Positions 1 to 10,221 of a stretch of 64,000 nucleotides of DNA are shown piece by piece. The translations under genes and the position numbers were made by a program. Every line of letters begins with the position of its first letter. Positions within the stretch are counted from its first letter, which is position 1. This DNA is from Pseudomonadales bacterium. Lineage in GTDB: Bacteria; Pseudomonadota; Gammaproteobacteria; Pseudomonadales; IMCC2047. The DNA is taken from NCBI GenBank assembly GCA_041395865.1, contig JAWKZQ010000008.1, forward strand, positions 12,090 to 76,089, given 5' to 3'. The notes beneath the pieces are model-generated. The model was not told the DNA's origin. It worked only from the letters and a program-made list of their open reading frames with translations, and did not search any database.

Positions 1-156
1 GTGATTGTGCAGTTACAAACCAAAGCATGCCGCCCTTGTCGTTACCTGGTTCTGTTTCGTGATGCTGTGGAGCCAGACACCTTTAGGCGCCTGCGAGTAT
101 ATTTGTGTTTTCGGCCTTCCCTGCCGAAGCATGGAAGTTCGCTGGGGTTAAAATAG
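1..156 (+). CDS. ygfX: 3' end of YgfX-family membrane protein (partial)
   Basis: Frame 1 is open to TAG at 154-156 and reads ...[22 protein letters not shown]..., the YgfX C-terminal D-x(5)-FRRLRV pattern; convergent with nadB as in pseudomonads; overlaps nadB 3' end by 74 bp. Confidence 0.6.
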   Translation: MIVQLQTKACRPCRYLVLFRDAVEPDTFRRLRVYLCFRPSLPKHGSSLGLK

Positions 157-1732
157 TGTCCTCGGCCTGGCTGGCAAGGCTGGGGTAGTCCAGCGTGTAG
201 TGAAGACCGCGGCTTTCCTTGCGAGCCATTGCTGAGTGAATGGTCAGGTCTGCAACGCAAATCAGGTTTCGCAGTTCCAGCAGGTCATTGCTGACTTTGT
301 AATTGCTGTAGTATTCGGCAATCTCCCTTTTTAAAAGGGAAATACGGTGCTCCGCCCGCTGCAGGCGCTTATCGGTGCGGACAATGCCGACATAGTCCCA
401 CATGAAACGGCGCAACTCATCCCAGTTGTGGGAGATGATAACGTCTTCATCAGAGTCGGTTACCTGGCTTTCATCCCAGTCTGGCGCCTGTTCGGGCGCG
501 GGGGTCGAGCCAATGTTATCGAGGATATCCTTGGCGGCGGCATCGGCGAAGACCAGGCATTCCAGTAGCGAATTGCTGGCTAACCTGTTGGCGCCATGGA
601 AGCCGGTAAACGCGGTTTCGCCGATGGCATAGAGCTGTTTCACGTCGGTGCGGCCATGCAGGTCCGTCACTACCCCGCCACAGGTATAGTGAGCGGCCGG
701 TACAACCGGAATGGGCTCACGCGTGATATCAATGCCGAATTTCAGGCAGCGTTCGTAGATTGTCGGGAAATGCTCGAGAATGAAATCCTTGGATTTGTGG
801 CTGATATCCAGGTACAGGCAGTCGCACCCCAGACGCTTCATTTCATGGTCAATGGCGCGGGCCACGATATCGCGCGGTGCCAGTTCGCCGCGCTTGTCAA
901 ACCGATTCATGAAGCGCTCGCCATTGGGTAGTTTTAAAACGGCGCCTTCACCCCGTAATGCTTCGGTTATCAGAAAAGATTTGGCTTGCGGGTGATAGAG
1001 GCAAGTGGGGTGGAACTGGTTGAATTCCATATTGGCAGCCCGGCAGCCTGCCCGCCAGGCCATCGCGATGCCATCGCCGGTGGCTCCGTCAGGGTTGCTG
1101 GTATAGAGATAGCTTTTACTGGCGCCACCTGAAGCCAGCACAACAAAACGCGCTTTAAAAAGCTCTACGGCATCGCTATCGCGGTTTAGTATGTAAGCGC
1201 CAAAGCAGCCTTCGCCGGGTAATCCAAGCTTTTCGCGGGTCACAAGATCAATGGCGACACGCTTTTCGTACAGATCAATGCTGGGGTGTTCCTGTACCCG
1301 TTTAATCAGCGTTTGGGAAATGGCGCGTCCGGTGGCGTCTGCTGCATGGATGATACGGCGATGGCTGTGACCGCCTTCCTTAGTGAGGTGATAACTGCCT
1401 TTTGTGGGGTTGTCGGGGTTTTCGGTAAAGGGAACACCCTGTTCGATTAACCAGTCGATGCAGCTTTTGCTTTGGCTGACCGTGAAGCGAACAACATCCT
1501 CGTTACACAATCCGGCGCCCGCTACCAGGGTGTCGCTGACATGGGACTCAACGGTATCGGTGCTATCAAGCACGCCGGCTACGCCGCCCTGAGCGTAGAA
1601 GGTAGAGCCTCCAGAGGCGACATCTTTGCAGAGCAATGCTACCCGGAGGGAGTTTGCCAGCTTCAGAGCCAGTGTCAGTCCGGCTGCACCGCTGCCAATA
1701 ATCAGGACATCATGTTCGAATTGTTGTGACAT
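83..1732 (-). CDS. nadB: L-aspartate oxidase
   Basis: GSGAAG FAD motif, [40 protein letters not shown]; divergent from rpoE. Confidence 0.97.
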   Translation of the reverse strand: MSQQFEHDVLIIGSGAAGLTLALKLANSLRVALLCKDVASGGSTFYAQGGVAGVLDSTDTVESHVSDTLVAGAGLCNEDVVRFTVSQSKSCIDWLIEQGVPFTENPDNPTKGSYHLTKEGGHSHRRIIHAADATGRAISQTLIKRVQEHPSIDLYEKRVAIDLVTREKLGLPGEGCFGAYILNRDSDAVELFKARFVVLASGGASKSYLYTSNPDGATGDGIAMAWRAGCRAANMEFNQFHPTCLYHPQAKSFLITEALRGEGAVLKLPNGERFMNRFDKRGELAPRDIVARAIDHEMKRLGCDCLYLDISHKSKDFILEHFPTIYERCLKFGIDITREPIPVVPAAHYTCGGVVTDLHGRTDVKQLYAIGETAFTGFHGANRLASNSLLECLVFADAAAKDILDNIGSTPAPEQAPDWDESQVTDSDEDVIISHNWDELRRFMWDYVGIVRTDKRLQRAEHRISLLKREIAEYYSNYKVSNDLLELRNLICVADLTIHSAMARKESRGLHYTLDYPSLASQAEDTILTPANFHASAGKAENTNILAGA

Positions 1733-1978
1733 GTGAAACTATATAAACCAAAAGAAAAACGCTTAATACCACAACCGGTAGTGGCTGTCCTCTGATATTT
1801 TACAATGTTTACAGAATTGGGTGGCCGGTTAAGAATGTTGGCGCTGGCGATGGCAGTATGTTGTGATTACTCTATAATGCTATCGGGTCGGACAGCTCTA
1901 TTTCAGGTGGAAATCGACGGGGGCTTAGGGCGAAAACGACCGGCTAAAAAGAAATACAAACAAAAACCCACATTCCTC

Positions 1979-2005
1979 GAACTTCTGGAAACCCACATGG
2001 TCTAT
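1979..2005 (+). promoter_or_regulatory. sigma-E (RpoE/AlgU) autoregulatory promoter
   Basis: GAACTT-N16-TCTAT about 80 bp upstream of rpoE, matching the sigma-E/AlgU consensus. Confidence 0.85.
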
Positions 2006-2082
2006 CAGTCAAAGTTTAGCTCGCCTGTTTTAACGTGTGTAAACTTCGGCGAACGGTTATGGCGTAGCTCGGAGCGGAAGCG

Positions 2083-2658
2083 TTGAAAGAACAGGAGACT
2101 GACAAGCAGTTAGTTGCGCGCGTGCAAAAAGGTGACAAGCGCGCGTTTGATTTGCTGGTGCTTAAGTACCAACACAAAATATTTGGTCTGATCAGCCGTT
2201 ATATTCATGACAGCCATGAGGTGCTTGATGTCGCCCAGGAAGCCTTTATCAAAGCCTATCGTGCTATCGACCGCTTTCGGGGAGACAGTGCCTTTTATAC
2301 CTGGTTGTACCGCATCGCCATCAACACGGCCAAAAACCACCTTGTCTCGCGTAGTCGCCGTCCTCCCGATACCGACGTTGAAATCGCTGACGCTGAATAT
2401 TATGAAAGTGCGACTAAGCTCAAGGATAATGCCTCACCTGATGAAGAGTTGCATAAAAGTGAATTGGAAGCCGCTGTTTTTAAGGCGATTGAGCAGCTGC
2501 CGGAGGATTTAAAGGCCGCCGTGACGTTACGTGAATTCGATGGAATGAGTTATGAAGAAATTGCCGAGGTGATGCAGTGCCCGGTAGGGACTGTTCGCTC
2601 AAGAATTTTCCGGGCGAGGGAAGCGATTGATAAACATATTAGTCATTTGATTGACTAA
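2083..2658 (+). CDS. rpoE: ECF RNA polymerase sigma factor RpoE/AlgU
   Basis: DKQLVARVQKGDKRAFDLLVLKYQHK, FRGDSAFYTWLYRIAINTAKNHL, CPVGTVRSRIFRARE; TTG start with GGAG upstream. Confidence 0.97.
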   Translation: MKEQETDKQLVARVQKGDKRAFDLLVLKYQHKIFGLISRYIHDSHEVLDVAQEAFIKAYRAIDRFRGDSAFYTWLYRIAINTAKNHLVSRSRRPPDTDVEIADAEYYESATKLKDNASPDEELHKSELEAAVFKAIEQLPEDLKAAVTLREFDGMSYEEIAEVMQCPVGTVRSRIFRAREAIDKHISHLID

Positions 2659-2704
2659 CCTATAGAGAGTCTACAGATGCTACAGAAGCAAGAGGTGAAA
2701 ACGG

Positions 2705-3277
2705 ATGAGCGATAGTTTGCGTGAATCGATTTCAGCGTTAGTGGATGATGAAGCGCAGGAACTTGAGCTTCGCCGTGTGCTGTCCAGCATGGAAACCGAT
2801 GATGAGTTGCGTAAAACCTGGAAACGTTACCAGGTTGCCAGTTTTGCTATGAAACGCCAAATGGATGGTCGCTTTGACCTGGATATCAGTGGCCGTGTTG
2901 CCGAGGCAATTGATAAGGAGCCTGCTATTAAGGTCTCCAAACCGCGTTTCGGTTTCTTCAAACCGGTTCTAAGTATGGCGGTTGCTGCTTCGGCAGCATT
3001 TTTGGTTATTTTTGCTGTGCAGTTTGGTACACCCGATGAAACCGGGCAGCAGCTGGCGGCTGGCGAGCAGCCCTTGACAACAAGCCTGTTGGCCGGAAGC
3101 GAACCGCTGATTGGAGCGGAGAACCTTGTTACCGTTAGTACTGAAGCCCGAACGCCCGTCGAAAAAAGATTACAGACGCTGATTGAATCCCATACCCAGC
3201 AGGCCAGTATGTCTGAAAATCGTGGTGTGATGCCCTATACCCAGCTGGTTGAAAGCCAGGAAGGTCAAAGGTACTAA
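2705..3277 (+). CDS. rseA: Anti-sigma-E factor RseA/MucA
   Basis: N-terminal RESISALVDDE..ELRR..W.RY, one TM segment (MAVAASAAFLVIFAV), follows rpoE. Confidence 0.9.
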   Translation: MSDSLRESISALVDDEAQELELRRVLSSMETDDELRKTWKRYQVASFAMKRQMDGRFDLDISGRVAEAIDKEPAIKVSKPRFGFFKPVLSMAVAASAAFLVIFAVQFGTPDETGQQLAAGEQPLTTSLLAGSEPLIGAENLVTVSTEARTPVEKRLQTLIESHTQQASMSENRGVMPYTQLVESQEGQRY

Positions 3278-3280
3278 GAC

Positions 3281-4297
3281 GTGCTGTTGCGTTTGTTTTC
3301 TGTGCCACGGCTGATACTTTTTAGCGCTTTCCTGTTGCTGGGCCTCTCTACGTTGCAAGTGCAGGCCAGCGAGGCCTCACTGAAACGTATGTCCGAAGCC
3401 TTTGCTACGCAAAGTTATGACGGTGTCTTTGTGTATGTGCATGGCAGCAGCATGGATACCCTGCGGATTATTCACAGTGTTGTGGATGGCGAGGAAAGGG
3501 AGCGTATTGTTCGCCTGGATGGTCCCCAGCAGGAAATTATCCGCCATGGCAGCCAGGTGACGTGTGTGCATGGCAGTGACTGGAATGGGAATATCAACCA
3601 TAAAATCCCCCTGGGGCCTTTTGCGCGTGCCTTTGTCCGTGACATGAGCGAACTGGGGGATAGCTATGAACTGGTTGAAAAAGGCACGGGGCGTGTGGCC
3701 GGGCGTAGCGCGGATGTGCTGCTGATACAACCGCGTGATGAATATCGTTATGGATACCGGATTTGGCTTGATCAGGAAACCGGGTTGTTGCTCAAATCGA
3801 TTCTGGTTCACCGCGGTAAAGTGCTTGAACGATTTCAGTTTACCCAGTTGAAATTGACGGATGCCATTGATGACGCATTGCTTGAGGTGGGAATTGCAGG
3901 TGAAACGATGGTGCATTACCCGCTGCTTAGTTATGAAGAAACCCCTATTGCTGCAAAACCCTTGAACTGGAATCTTAACTGGCTGCCCGAAGGGTTTGCA
4001 ATGCGTATGCAGGGTGCCCATCGTAAGGATGGTGGTGAAAGTGGTACTGAAACCTTGACTTACACGGATGGAATGGCCGCCTTTTCTGTTTTTATTGAAA
4101 AAATTACGGATCAGCAATATGAAGAAATTGCTGCCCAGAAAGGTGCGACCGTGGCGGTGACCCGTATTGTCAAATACCCAACCGGAGATCATTTGGTGAC
4201 TGTGGTTGGTGAAATTCCTATGAAAACAGCTAAGCGACTTACGCTTTCCGTTGTTCCCGCTGTCACTGCTGCGGCTGAGCCAGTCAGTACAAATTAA
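3281..4297 (+). CDS. rseB: Periplasmic negative regulator RseB/MucB
   Basis: Signal peptide; RVAGR...PRDEYRYGYRIWLDQETGLLLKS; WLPEGF; YTDGMAAFSVFIE; VTVVGEIP. Confidence 0.93.
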   Translation: MLLRLFSVPRLILFSAFLLLGLSTLQVQASEASLKRMSEAFATQSYDGVFVYVHGSSMDTLRIIHSVVDGEERERIVRLDGPQQEIIRHGSQVTCVHGSDWNGNINHKIPLGPFARAFVRDMSELGDSYELVEKGTGRVAGRSADVLLIQPRDEYRYGYRIWLDQETGLLLKSILVHRGKVLERFQFTQLKLTDAIDDALLEVGIAGETMVHYPLLSYEETPIAAKPLNWNLNWLPEGFAMRMQGAHRKDGGESGTETLTYTDGMAAFSVFIEKITDQQYEEIAAQKGATVAVTRIVKYPTGDHLVTVVGEIPMKTAKRLTLSVVPAVTAAAEPVSTN

Positions 4298-4312
4298 TCA
4301 GCTGAGTTTTTC

Positions 4313-4762
4313 ATGATTGAAGAAAGCGGTCGGGTTGTGGCGGTCGATGGCCATGAAGTGTGGATCGAAACGATCCGAAAAAGCGCCTGTTCAGGTTGCT
4401 CCGCGCGTTCCGGTTGTGGACAGGGTGTGTTGTCGAAGCTGGGCAATAACCCGCGTAGTCACATACGCCTGCATACGGATCTTGGCCTGCAGGTCGGCGA
4501 TGAAGTGGTTCTGGGGCTTCCGGAACAGGCGTTTATCCGTTCCTCTTTTCTGGCCTACGGGCTGCCTTTGGTCGTCTTGATAGCAATGGTACTGGTGGCC
4601 GACAAGCTACTGGCGTTGGCAGAGCCTTGGGTCATTTTGTCAGCGATTGTCGGTTTGGGCGTGGGTTTTGCTGTCGTTCGCCTATTGAGCCGGTTAGCTG
4701 AACACCGTGCCGACTTTCAACCGGTCATTGTGAGGGCTATCCCGGCCGTTGATGCTGACTGA
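4313..4762 (+). CDS. rseC: RseC/MucC family protein
   Basis: MIEESGRVVAV, CSGCSARSGCG cysteine motif, two TM helices. Confidence 0.93.
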   Translation: MIEESGRVVAVDGHEVWIETIRKSACSGCSARSGCGQGVLSKLGNNPRSHIRLHTDLGLQVGDEVVLGLPEQAFIRSSFLAYGLPLVVLIAMVLVADKLLALAEPWVILSAIVGLGVGFAVVRLLSRLAEHRADFQPVIVRAIPAVDAD

Positions 4763-4790
4763 CCCGCGTGCGGGCAGCCAGCCGCTCACG

Positions 4791-5258
4791 TTATAGTTGT
4801 TTAACCGCTTCCAGAACTTCCTCAACGTGGCCCTTCACTTTGACTTTGCGCCATTCCTGGCGTAACACGCCCTGCTTGTCGATGAGGAAGGTGCTGCGTT
4901 CAATGCCCATGTGCTTTTTGCCGTACATATTTTTTTCCTTAATGACATCAAACAACTGGCAAAGCGACTCCTCCGGATCGGAAATTAACTCGAAGGGAAA
5001 AGCCTGTTTGGCTTTGAAATTCTCGTGAGAGCGCATTTTGTCGCGGGAAACACCAAAAATAAGGGTGTCTAACGCCTTAAACGCATCATGCAAATCGCGA
5101 AAATCTTGGCCTTCCGTGGTACAGCCTGGCGTGCTGTCCTTGGGGTAAAAGTAAATCACGATATTTTGGCCTTTTAGCCCGGAAAGAGAGAGTTCGAGTT
5201 CGCTGGTTGCTTGAGCAGTAAAGTCCGGTACGGGTTGGTTTAAAGCGACGCTGGACAT
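4791..5258 (-). CDS. bcp: Peroxiredoxin Bcp
   Basis: YFYPKDSTPGCTTEG, FPFELISD, GIERSTFLID. Confidence 0.93.
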   Translation of the reverse strand: MSSVALNQPVPDFTAQATSELELSLSGLKGQNIVIYFYPKDSTPGCTTEGQDFRDLHDAFKALDTLIFGVSRDKMRSHENFKAKQAFPFELISDPEESLCQLFDVIKEKNMYGKKHMGIERSTFLIDKQGVLRQEWRKVKVKGHVEEVLEAVKQL

Positions 5259-5363
5259 ATCTTTTTCATCCTCATTTTAAACATAAATAATCTGGGCCCG
5301 GCTTGTGATTAGGCAATGCCGCGATTACTATAGCAGCTTATTTTTTGGCCGGAGTAATAGTAG

Positions 5364-6239
5364 ATGATTGTCGGTAGTATTGTAGCGATTGTTACACCGA
5401 TGGATAAGAGCGGAGCCATTGATTGGGCTGCGTTGGAACGCTTGGTGGATTTTCATATCGAGAATGGTACCAATTCCATTGTTGCCGTAGGTACAACCGG
5501 TGAATCAGCAACCCTGCCAGTCGATGAACACCTTGAAGTCCTTCATCAGGTGATTGCCCGCGCTAACGGCCGAATTCCCATCATTGCCGGCTCCGGTGCG
5601 AATTCTACTGCTGAGGCGCTTGAATTGACCGAAATGGCCAAGTCAGCAAATGCAGACGCCTGCCTGATTGTAACGCCTTATTACAATAAGCCGACCCAGG
5701 AAGGGCTCTACCAGCACTATAAACTGCTGGCCGATTCTGTCGATATTCCACAAATTCTTTACAACGTTCCTGGCCGTACAGGCTGCGATATGTTGCCGGA
5801 AACTATCGAGCGTTTAGCGTCTCACCCGAATATCGTCGGCCACAAGGAAGCGACGGGCGACCTGGATCGCGCGCGGGACCTGTTTGATCGTTGTGGCGAT
5901 CAGATAGCTGTTTATTCAGGCGATGATGCCACGGCTGCCGAATTCATTCTGGCGGGCGGAAAAGGCAATATTTCGGTAACGGCCAATGTGGCTCCCCGCC
6001 TGATGTCAGACATGTGTGCTGCGGCATTGCAGGGCGATGCAGAAAAGGCTCGAGCCCTTAATGCAAAGCTGGAGGGGTTGAACCAGCAACTCTTTGTTGA
6101 ATCCAATCCTATCCCCGTCAAATGGGCCTTAAAGGAAATGGGGTTGATTCAGGAAGGTCAGCGCCTGCCGCTGACGCCGCTGGATTCCCAGTACCATGAT
6201 GTTGTACGCCAGGCTTTACGTCAGGCTGGTGTCCTTTAA
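5364..6239 (+). CDS. dapA: 4-hydroxy-tetrahydrodipicolinate synthase
   Basis: GTTGES, PYYNKPTQEGLYQHY, LYNVPGRT, KEATGD, ESNPIPVK. Confidence 0.97.
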   Translation: MIVGSIVAIVTPMDKSGAIDWAALERLVDFHIENGTNSIVAVGTTGESATLPVDEHLEVLHQVIARANGRIPIIAGSGANSTAEALELTEMAKSANADACLIVTPYYNKPTQEGLYQHYKLLADSVDIPQILYNVPGRTGCDMLPETIERLASHPNIVGHKEATGDLDRARDLFDRCGDQIAVYSGDDATAAEFILAGGKGNISVTANVAPRLMSDMCAAALQGDAEKARALNAKLEGLNQQLFVESNPIPVKWALKEMGLIQEGQRLPLTPLDSQYHDVVRQALRQAGVL

Positions 6240-6260
6240 TTACAGTTACTGGAGTCCCGA

Positions 6261-7334
6261 ATGAAATTTCCCCGCATTTTGGCCCTGACAACTCAGGGTG
6301 CTTTTTTGGCCAGCCTTATGGGGTGTAGCTGGATTGTCGGGGAAGAGGGTTTTATTAAGGACCGCCGTGAAGAGTATCGCGAAGCGGTTGTTGCGCCGCC
6401 ACTGAAGCTGCCAGCCGGAAGTGATACTCAGGCACTGGGTGAACTCTATGAAATCCCCGGTGCTGGCCAAGCGCTAACCTTTGACGGTGACGAGTTTGAT
6501 GTGCCCCGCCCGGATACTCACGTTTCAGCGGCGCCAAAGGATTTAAGAGCCTTTAAGTCTGGCAATGAGTACTGGATCGTACTGGACGGCGAGCCCGGAC
6601 AGGTATGGGGACGGGTACGCCGTTTCTGGGACGTGAACGGCATTGCGCTGGCACGCGAAATTCCTTACCAGGGTGTGATGGAAACAGTCTGGTTGAAGCG
6701 CGACAGTGACGGCCAGGTTACACGTGATAAATTCCGCGCCCGGGTTGAGCACGGCCTGCAAAAAGGGATGTCGGAGGTGCATGTGGCGCACCTCGGGTAT
6801 AATTTTGAAAGCCCCGAAATTTCTGCCGAGAAGCTGGATTGGAGTCAGGCCAAGCCTGGAGATGAGCTCACCTTGGCGATGATCCAGGAACTGTCTTCTT
6901 TCTTGATCCAAACGCAAACGTCTGCCGCGCCTGCTTCCCTGTTAGCGCAGAAGTTTGAAGGCCAGCCCAAGTCCTCCCTGTCTGTTACTGATAGTGGCGA
7001 ATGGGTGATCGACATGCGCCTCAGCTATGGTCGGGCCTGGAATGCCGTTGCCAAAGCTATAGATGCTGCCGGATTTGAGCTCGAGAGCCGTAATCGTGAT
7101 GCCGGGACTTACCAACTGATTGTTAATACCGGGCAATCCGAAGAGGAAGAGGGTGGCTTTTTCTCCTTCCTGTCCTTCGGCGACGATGATGCAGAAGCGC
7201 AAAGCTACCGGGTCAGTATCCAGGTGAAACCTAACAATGGTCAGGTGCAGGCCTTTATTTCCGATTACGAAGAACGCGTTAGCCCTGAACTGCGTAAGGA
7301 AATTCTGACACGTATAAAAGGTCAGTTAATTTAA
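6261..7334 (+). CDS. bamC: Outer-membrane assembly lipoprotein BamC/NlpB
   Basis: Lipobox LMGC; DRREEY..A...PPLKLP; directly downstream of dapA. Confidence 0.8.
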   Translation: MKFPRILALTTQGAFLASLMGCSWIVGEEGFIKDRREEYREAVVAPPLKLPAGSDTQALGELYEIPGAGQALTFDGDEFDVPRPDTHVSAAPKDLRAFKSGNEYWIVLDGEPGQVWGRVRRFWDVNGIALAREIPYQGVMETVWLKRDSDGQVTRDKFRARVEHGLQKGMSEVHVAHLGYNFESPEISAEKLDWSQAKPGDELTLAMIQELSSFLIQTQTSAAPASLLAQKFEGQPKSSLSVTDSGEWVIDMRLSYGRAWNAVAKAIDAAGFELESRNRDAGTYQLIVNTGQSEEEEGGFFSFLSFGDDDAEAQSYRVSIQVKPNNGQVQAFISDYEERVSPELRKEILTRIKGQLI

Positions 7335-7363
7335 CGTTCCTGTTTAGGCTTTTGGCGCTTTTC

Positions 7364-8137
7364 ATGCGGTTTGCTTCGTTGGGCAGTGGCAGTAAAGGTA
7401 ATGCCACCTTGGTTGAAGCAGGCCAAACCTGTTTGATGCTCGATTGCGGGTTTACCCTGAAGGAAGCGGAAGCCCGTTTGCAGCGCTTGGATAAAAGCGG
7501 CCATGATCTTGATGCGATTGTTGTTACCCATGAGCACAGCGATCACCTCAAGGGCGTTGGTGCCCTGGCACGGAAATACAAATTACCCGTTTATTTGACA
7601 GCCGGCACCTACCGCGACGCAAGGCTTGGTAACCTGCCTCGGGTGGAGTGGGTGAATTGTCATCAGAGCTTTAGCATCAAGGATATCGACGTTCAACCGG
7701 TACCTGTCCCGCACGATGCCCGCGAACCCTGTCAATATGTGTTTACGCATGCCGAGCGCAGGCTTGGTGTCCTTACGGACTTGGGCAGCCTGACGCCCCA
7801 TATCCAGATGCACTACGATGATCTTGATGCGCTGGTATTGGAGTTTAATCACGACCTGCAGATGCTGGAGGAGGGTCCCTATCCTTACCAGCTCAAACAA
7901 CGTATTTCCGGGGATTATGGCCACCTCAGCAACCTGCAGGCGGCACAGCTGCTGGCTCGTATTAAGCGTGACAAGCTCCAGCACCTGGTCTTATCCCATA
8001 TCAGCCAGCAGAACAACAGCCATGAGCGGGTTTGCAGTGCTGTTTCTGAATGGCTGCAGGGAATGGCTTGCTGTGCCGATGAGGGCTTCGCGATCGCCTG
8101 CCAGGAGAATGGTTTTGATTGGCGTGTGATCTCCTGA
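7364..8137 (+). CDS. MBL-fold metallo-hydrolase (YycJ/WalJ-like)
   Basis: MRFASLGSGSKGNA, THEHSDH, HDAREP, GHLSN; conserved position after dapA-bamC; ATG 7364 preferred. Confidence 0.88.
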   Translation: MRFASLGSGSKGNATLVEAGQTCLMLDCGFTLKEAEARLQRLDKSGHDLDAIVVTHEHSDHLKGVGALARKYKLPVYLTAGTYRDARLGNLPRVEWVNCHQSFSIKDIDVQPVPVPHDAREPCQYVFTHAERRLGVLTDLGSLTPHIQMHYDDLDALVLEFNHDLQMLEEGPYPYQLKQRISGDYGHLSNLQAAQLLARIKRDKLQHLVLSHISQQNNSHERVCSAVSEWLQGMACCADEGFAIACQENGFDWRVIS

Positions 8138-8214
8138 GGGCGTATGCTATTAACAGTGGCTGACGAGGTCGTCGGTGCCATCTTTAGTCAGCCCTATCGA
8201 CAGGAGGTGATCTG

Positions 8215-8646
8215 ATGGCCGTTTTACTGCGTTATTTCACTGTTCTGCTGTCGCTATTTTGTGCGATACCTGCTGGTGCGGCGCCAGACCTGAAACAGTA
8301 CCTGGATCAGTACTTTTCTGGGGCGGCCATCCAGTATGGATACGGTAGCGGCACATCCTCCAGCAACCCGCGTGTTGAGCTGACGATTCATTATTGTGCG
8401 TCGGGGCTTTATTTCAGTTCGGGTCAATCCTGCCGCCCCAATCTCTATGCCAGCGGTTATCAGTGTACGGGACTCGAAGATGCCGGGCAGTGGCGCGTTG
8501 CAACACAGGGCGGGCAGGCCGTTATGCAATGGTTGTCTAATCAAAGCGGTCCGGGGGGGCTGGCCATTCAGACCCGGTCCGATGGTATGGTTGTTGATGC
8601 GCGCGGTAATCCTTTTTATCGGGTAGGTCCCGCGAGCTGCCGCTAA
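8215..8646 (+). CDS. Hypothetical secreted protein
   Basis: Strong SD (AGGAGG), signal peptide ending AGA-A, four Cys in the mature part. Confidence 0.7.
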   Translation: MAVLLRYFTVLLSLFCAIPAGAAPDLKQYLDQYFSGAAIQYGYGSGTSSSNPRVELTIHYCASGLYFSSGQSCRPNLYASGYQCTGLEDAGQWRVATQGGQAVMQWLSNQSGPGGLAIQTRSDGMVVDARGNPFYRVGPASCR

Positions 8647-8754
8647 TTAGAAAAGCCATTAAACGGCTCGATTTGACCGCCCATCGGGCAGGACATAGAG
8701 GCTCATTTAGCAGACTGTTTATAATCTTTCTAAGAGAGAAGAGGAGGGATCCGA

Positions 8755-10221
8755 GTGCAGCAAGCCTGCTATTTAATCCTTGACCAGGGCGGTCAGAGCA
8801 GTCGCGCGCTGATTATCAATAGCCACGGCGATACACTGGCCTGTGAGTCTGTTCCGGTTGCTACCCGGCACCCTGCCGAAGACCAGGTTGAGCAGGATGC
8901 GGAAGCCTTGGTGGCAAGTTTGCTGGATGTTGCCCACCGAGCCGTGGCCAGTCTGCCCGGCGAACAGGTCAAAAACCTGGTTGCTGCCGGACTGGTCACG
9001 CAACGTTCCAGCCTGTTGTGCTGGCAGGCAAAAACATTTGAACCCCTAACGCCGGTGATCAGTTGGCAAGACCGGCGCGCTCACGCTTGGCTTGAACAAT
9101 TAAATATAGAGCCTCACTGGTTCCGCCGTCATACGGGGTTGTATCCGAATGCCCACTATGGCGCCAGTAAAATAAACTGGTGCCTCAACAACCTGCCCGA
9201 TGTGTCACAGGCTTTTGTGAGCGGGGCGCTGTGCTGCGGCCCCCTGGCTACCTACCTGGCCGCTCGTTTAACCGGGTCACATCAGCCTTTGCTTGATCCT
9301 GCCAATGCCCAGCGAACAGGGCTCTATAACATTGAACAGGGTAGTTGGGATGCGGATTTGCTGCGGCTTTTTGATATTCCTGAGAAGATACTTCCCACGC
9401 TGGTAAAAACCATCAGCAGTTACGGCCTGATTCCGCTGGGCGGTAAAAATGTGCCCTTAAGGTTGGTGAATGGCGATCAGTCAGCCGCTATCTTTGCCCA
9501 CGGGGAACCCCAGCTGGACAGTGCTTATATCAACGCCGGCACGGGTGCATTTGTGACGGCTCCCTGGGAGGGCGATCATTATCCCGAGCAGTTGCTGAAA
9601 AGCATTGTTTATAAAGATGTTGAATCTCATTATGTCGTCGAGGGAACCGTAAACGGTGCGGGTAGCGCCCTGAATTGGGCGGCTGAACAGCTGCAACTGC
9701 AAAATCTTGAGGAGCTGGATCATTGGGCGCGTGTCTGTGAGCATGTCCCGATTTTTATCAATGCTGTGGGCGGCCTGGGGGCACCTTATTGGCGTGCTGA
9801 CATGGTTTCCGAGTTTATTGATGTTGAAAATGGCAGGATCTGGAGTGACCAGCAGAAAATGGTTGCGGTGCTGGAGAGTATCGTATTTTTGCTGCAAACC
9901 AATCTGCAATTGATGCAGGCCTATGGGTTTCGACCGCAACGTTTGGTCGTATCCGGCGGCCTGTCGCAACTGGACAATTTCTGCCAGAAGCTTGCCGACC
10001 TGAGCCGTATTCCAGTATGGCGCCCCGATCAGGTAGAGGCGTCGGCCTGTGGCGCCGCCTTTCTGCTTGCCCGGCACAGCAGGCCGAAGGAACTGGGGAA
10101 ACTGAATTGGAAAACTTTAGGTGGTGCCGCCTTTGCGCCCAGTGAAACTGGCCACGAGGTGCTTAATCAGCGCTTCCATAATTGGCGCGAGGCGTTGCAG
10201 ACTCGTTTGTCGCTGGGGTGA
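8755..10221 (+). CDS. FGGY-family carbohydrate kinase (glycerol kinase-like)
   Basis: LDQGGQSSRA, ISWQDRR, GDQSAA, GTGAF, GLGAPYW; next to glpD- and GDPD-like genes. Confidence 0.85.
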   Translation: MQQACYLILDQGGQSSRALIINSHGDTLACESVPVATRHPAEDQVEQDAEALVASLLDVAHRAVASLPGEQVKNLVAAGLVTQRSSLLCWQAKTFEPLTPVISWQDRRAHAWLEQLNIEPHWFRRHTGLYPNAHYGASKINWCLNNLPDVSQAFVSGALCCGPLATYLAARLTGSHQPLLDPANAQRTGLYNIEQGSWDADLLRLFDIPEKILPTLVKTISSYGLIPLGGKNVPLRLVNGDQSAAIFAHGEPQLDSAYINAGTGAFVTAPWEGDHYPEQLLKSIVYKDVESHYVVEGTVNGAGSALNWAAEQLQLQNLEELDHWARVCEHVPIFINAVGGLGAPYWRADMVSEFIDVENGRIWSDQQKMVAVLESIVFLLQTNLQLMQAYGFRPQRLVVSGGLSQLDNFCQKLADLSRIPVWRPDQVEASACGAAFLLARHSRPKELGKLNWKTLGGAAFAPSETGHEVLNQRFHNWREALQTRLSLG

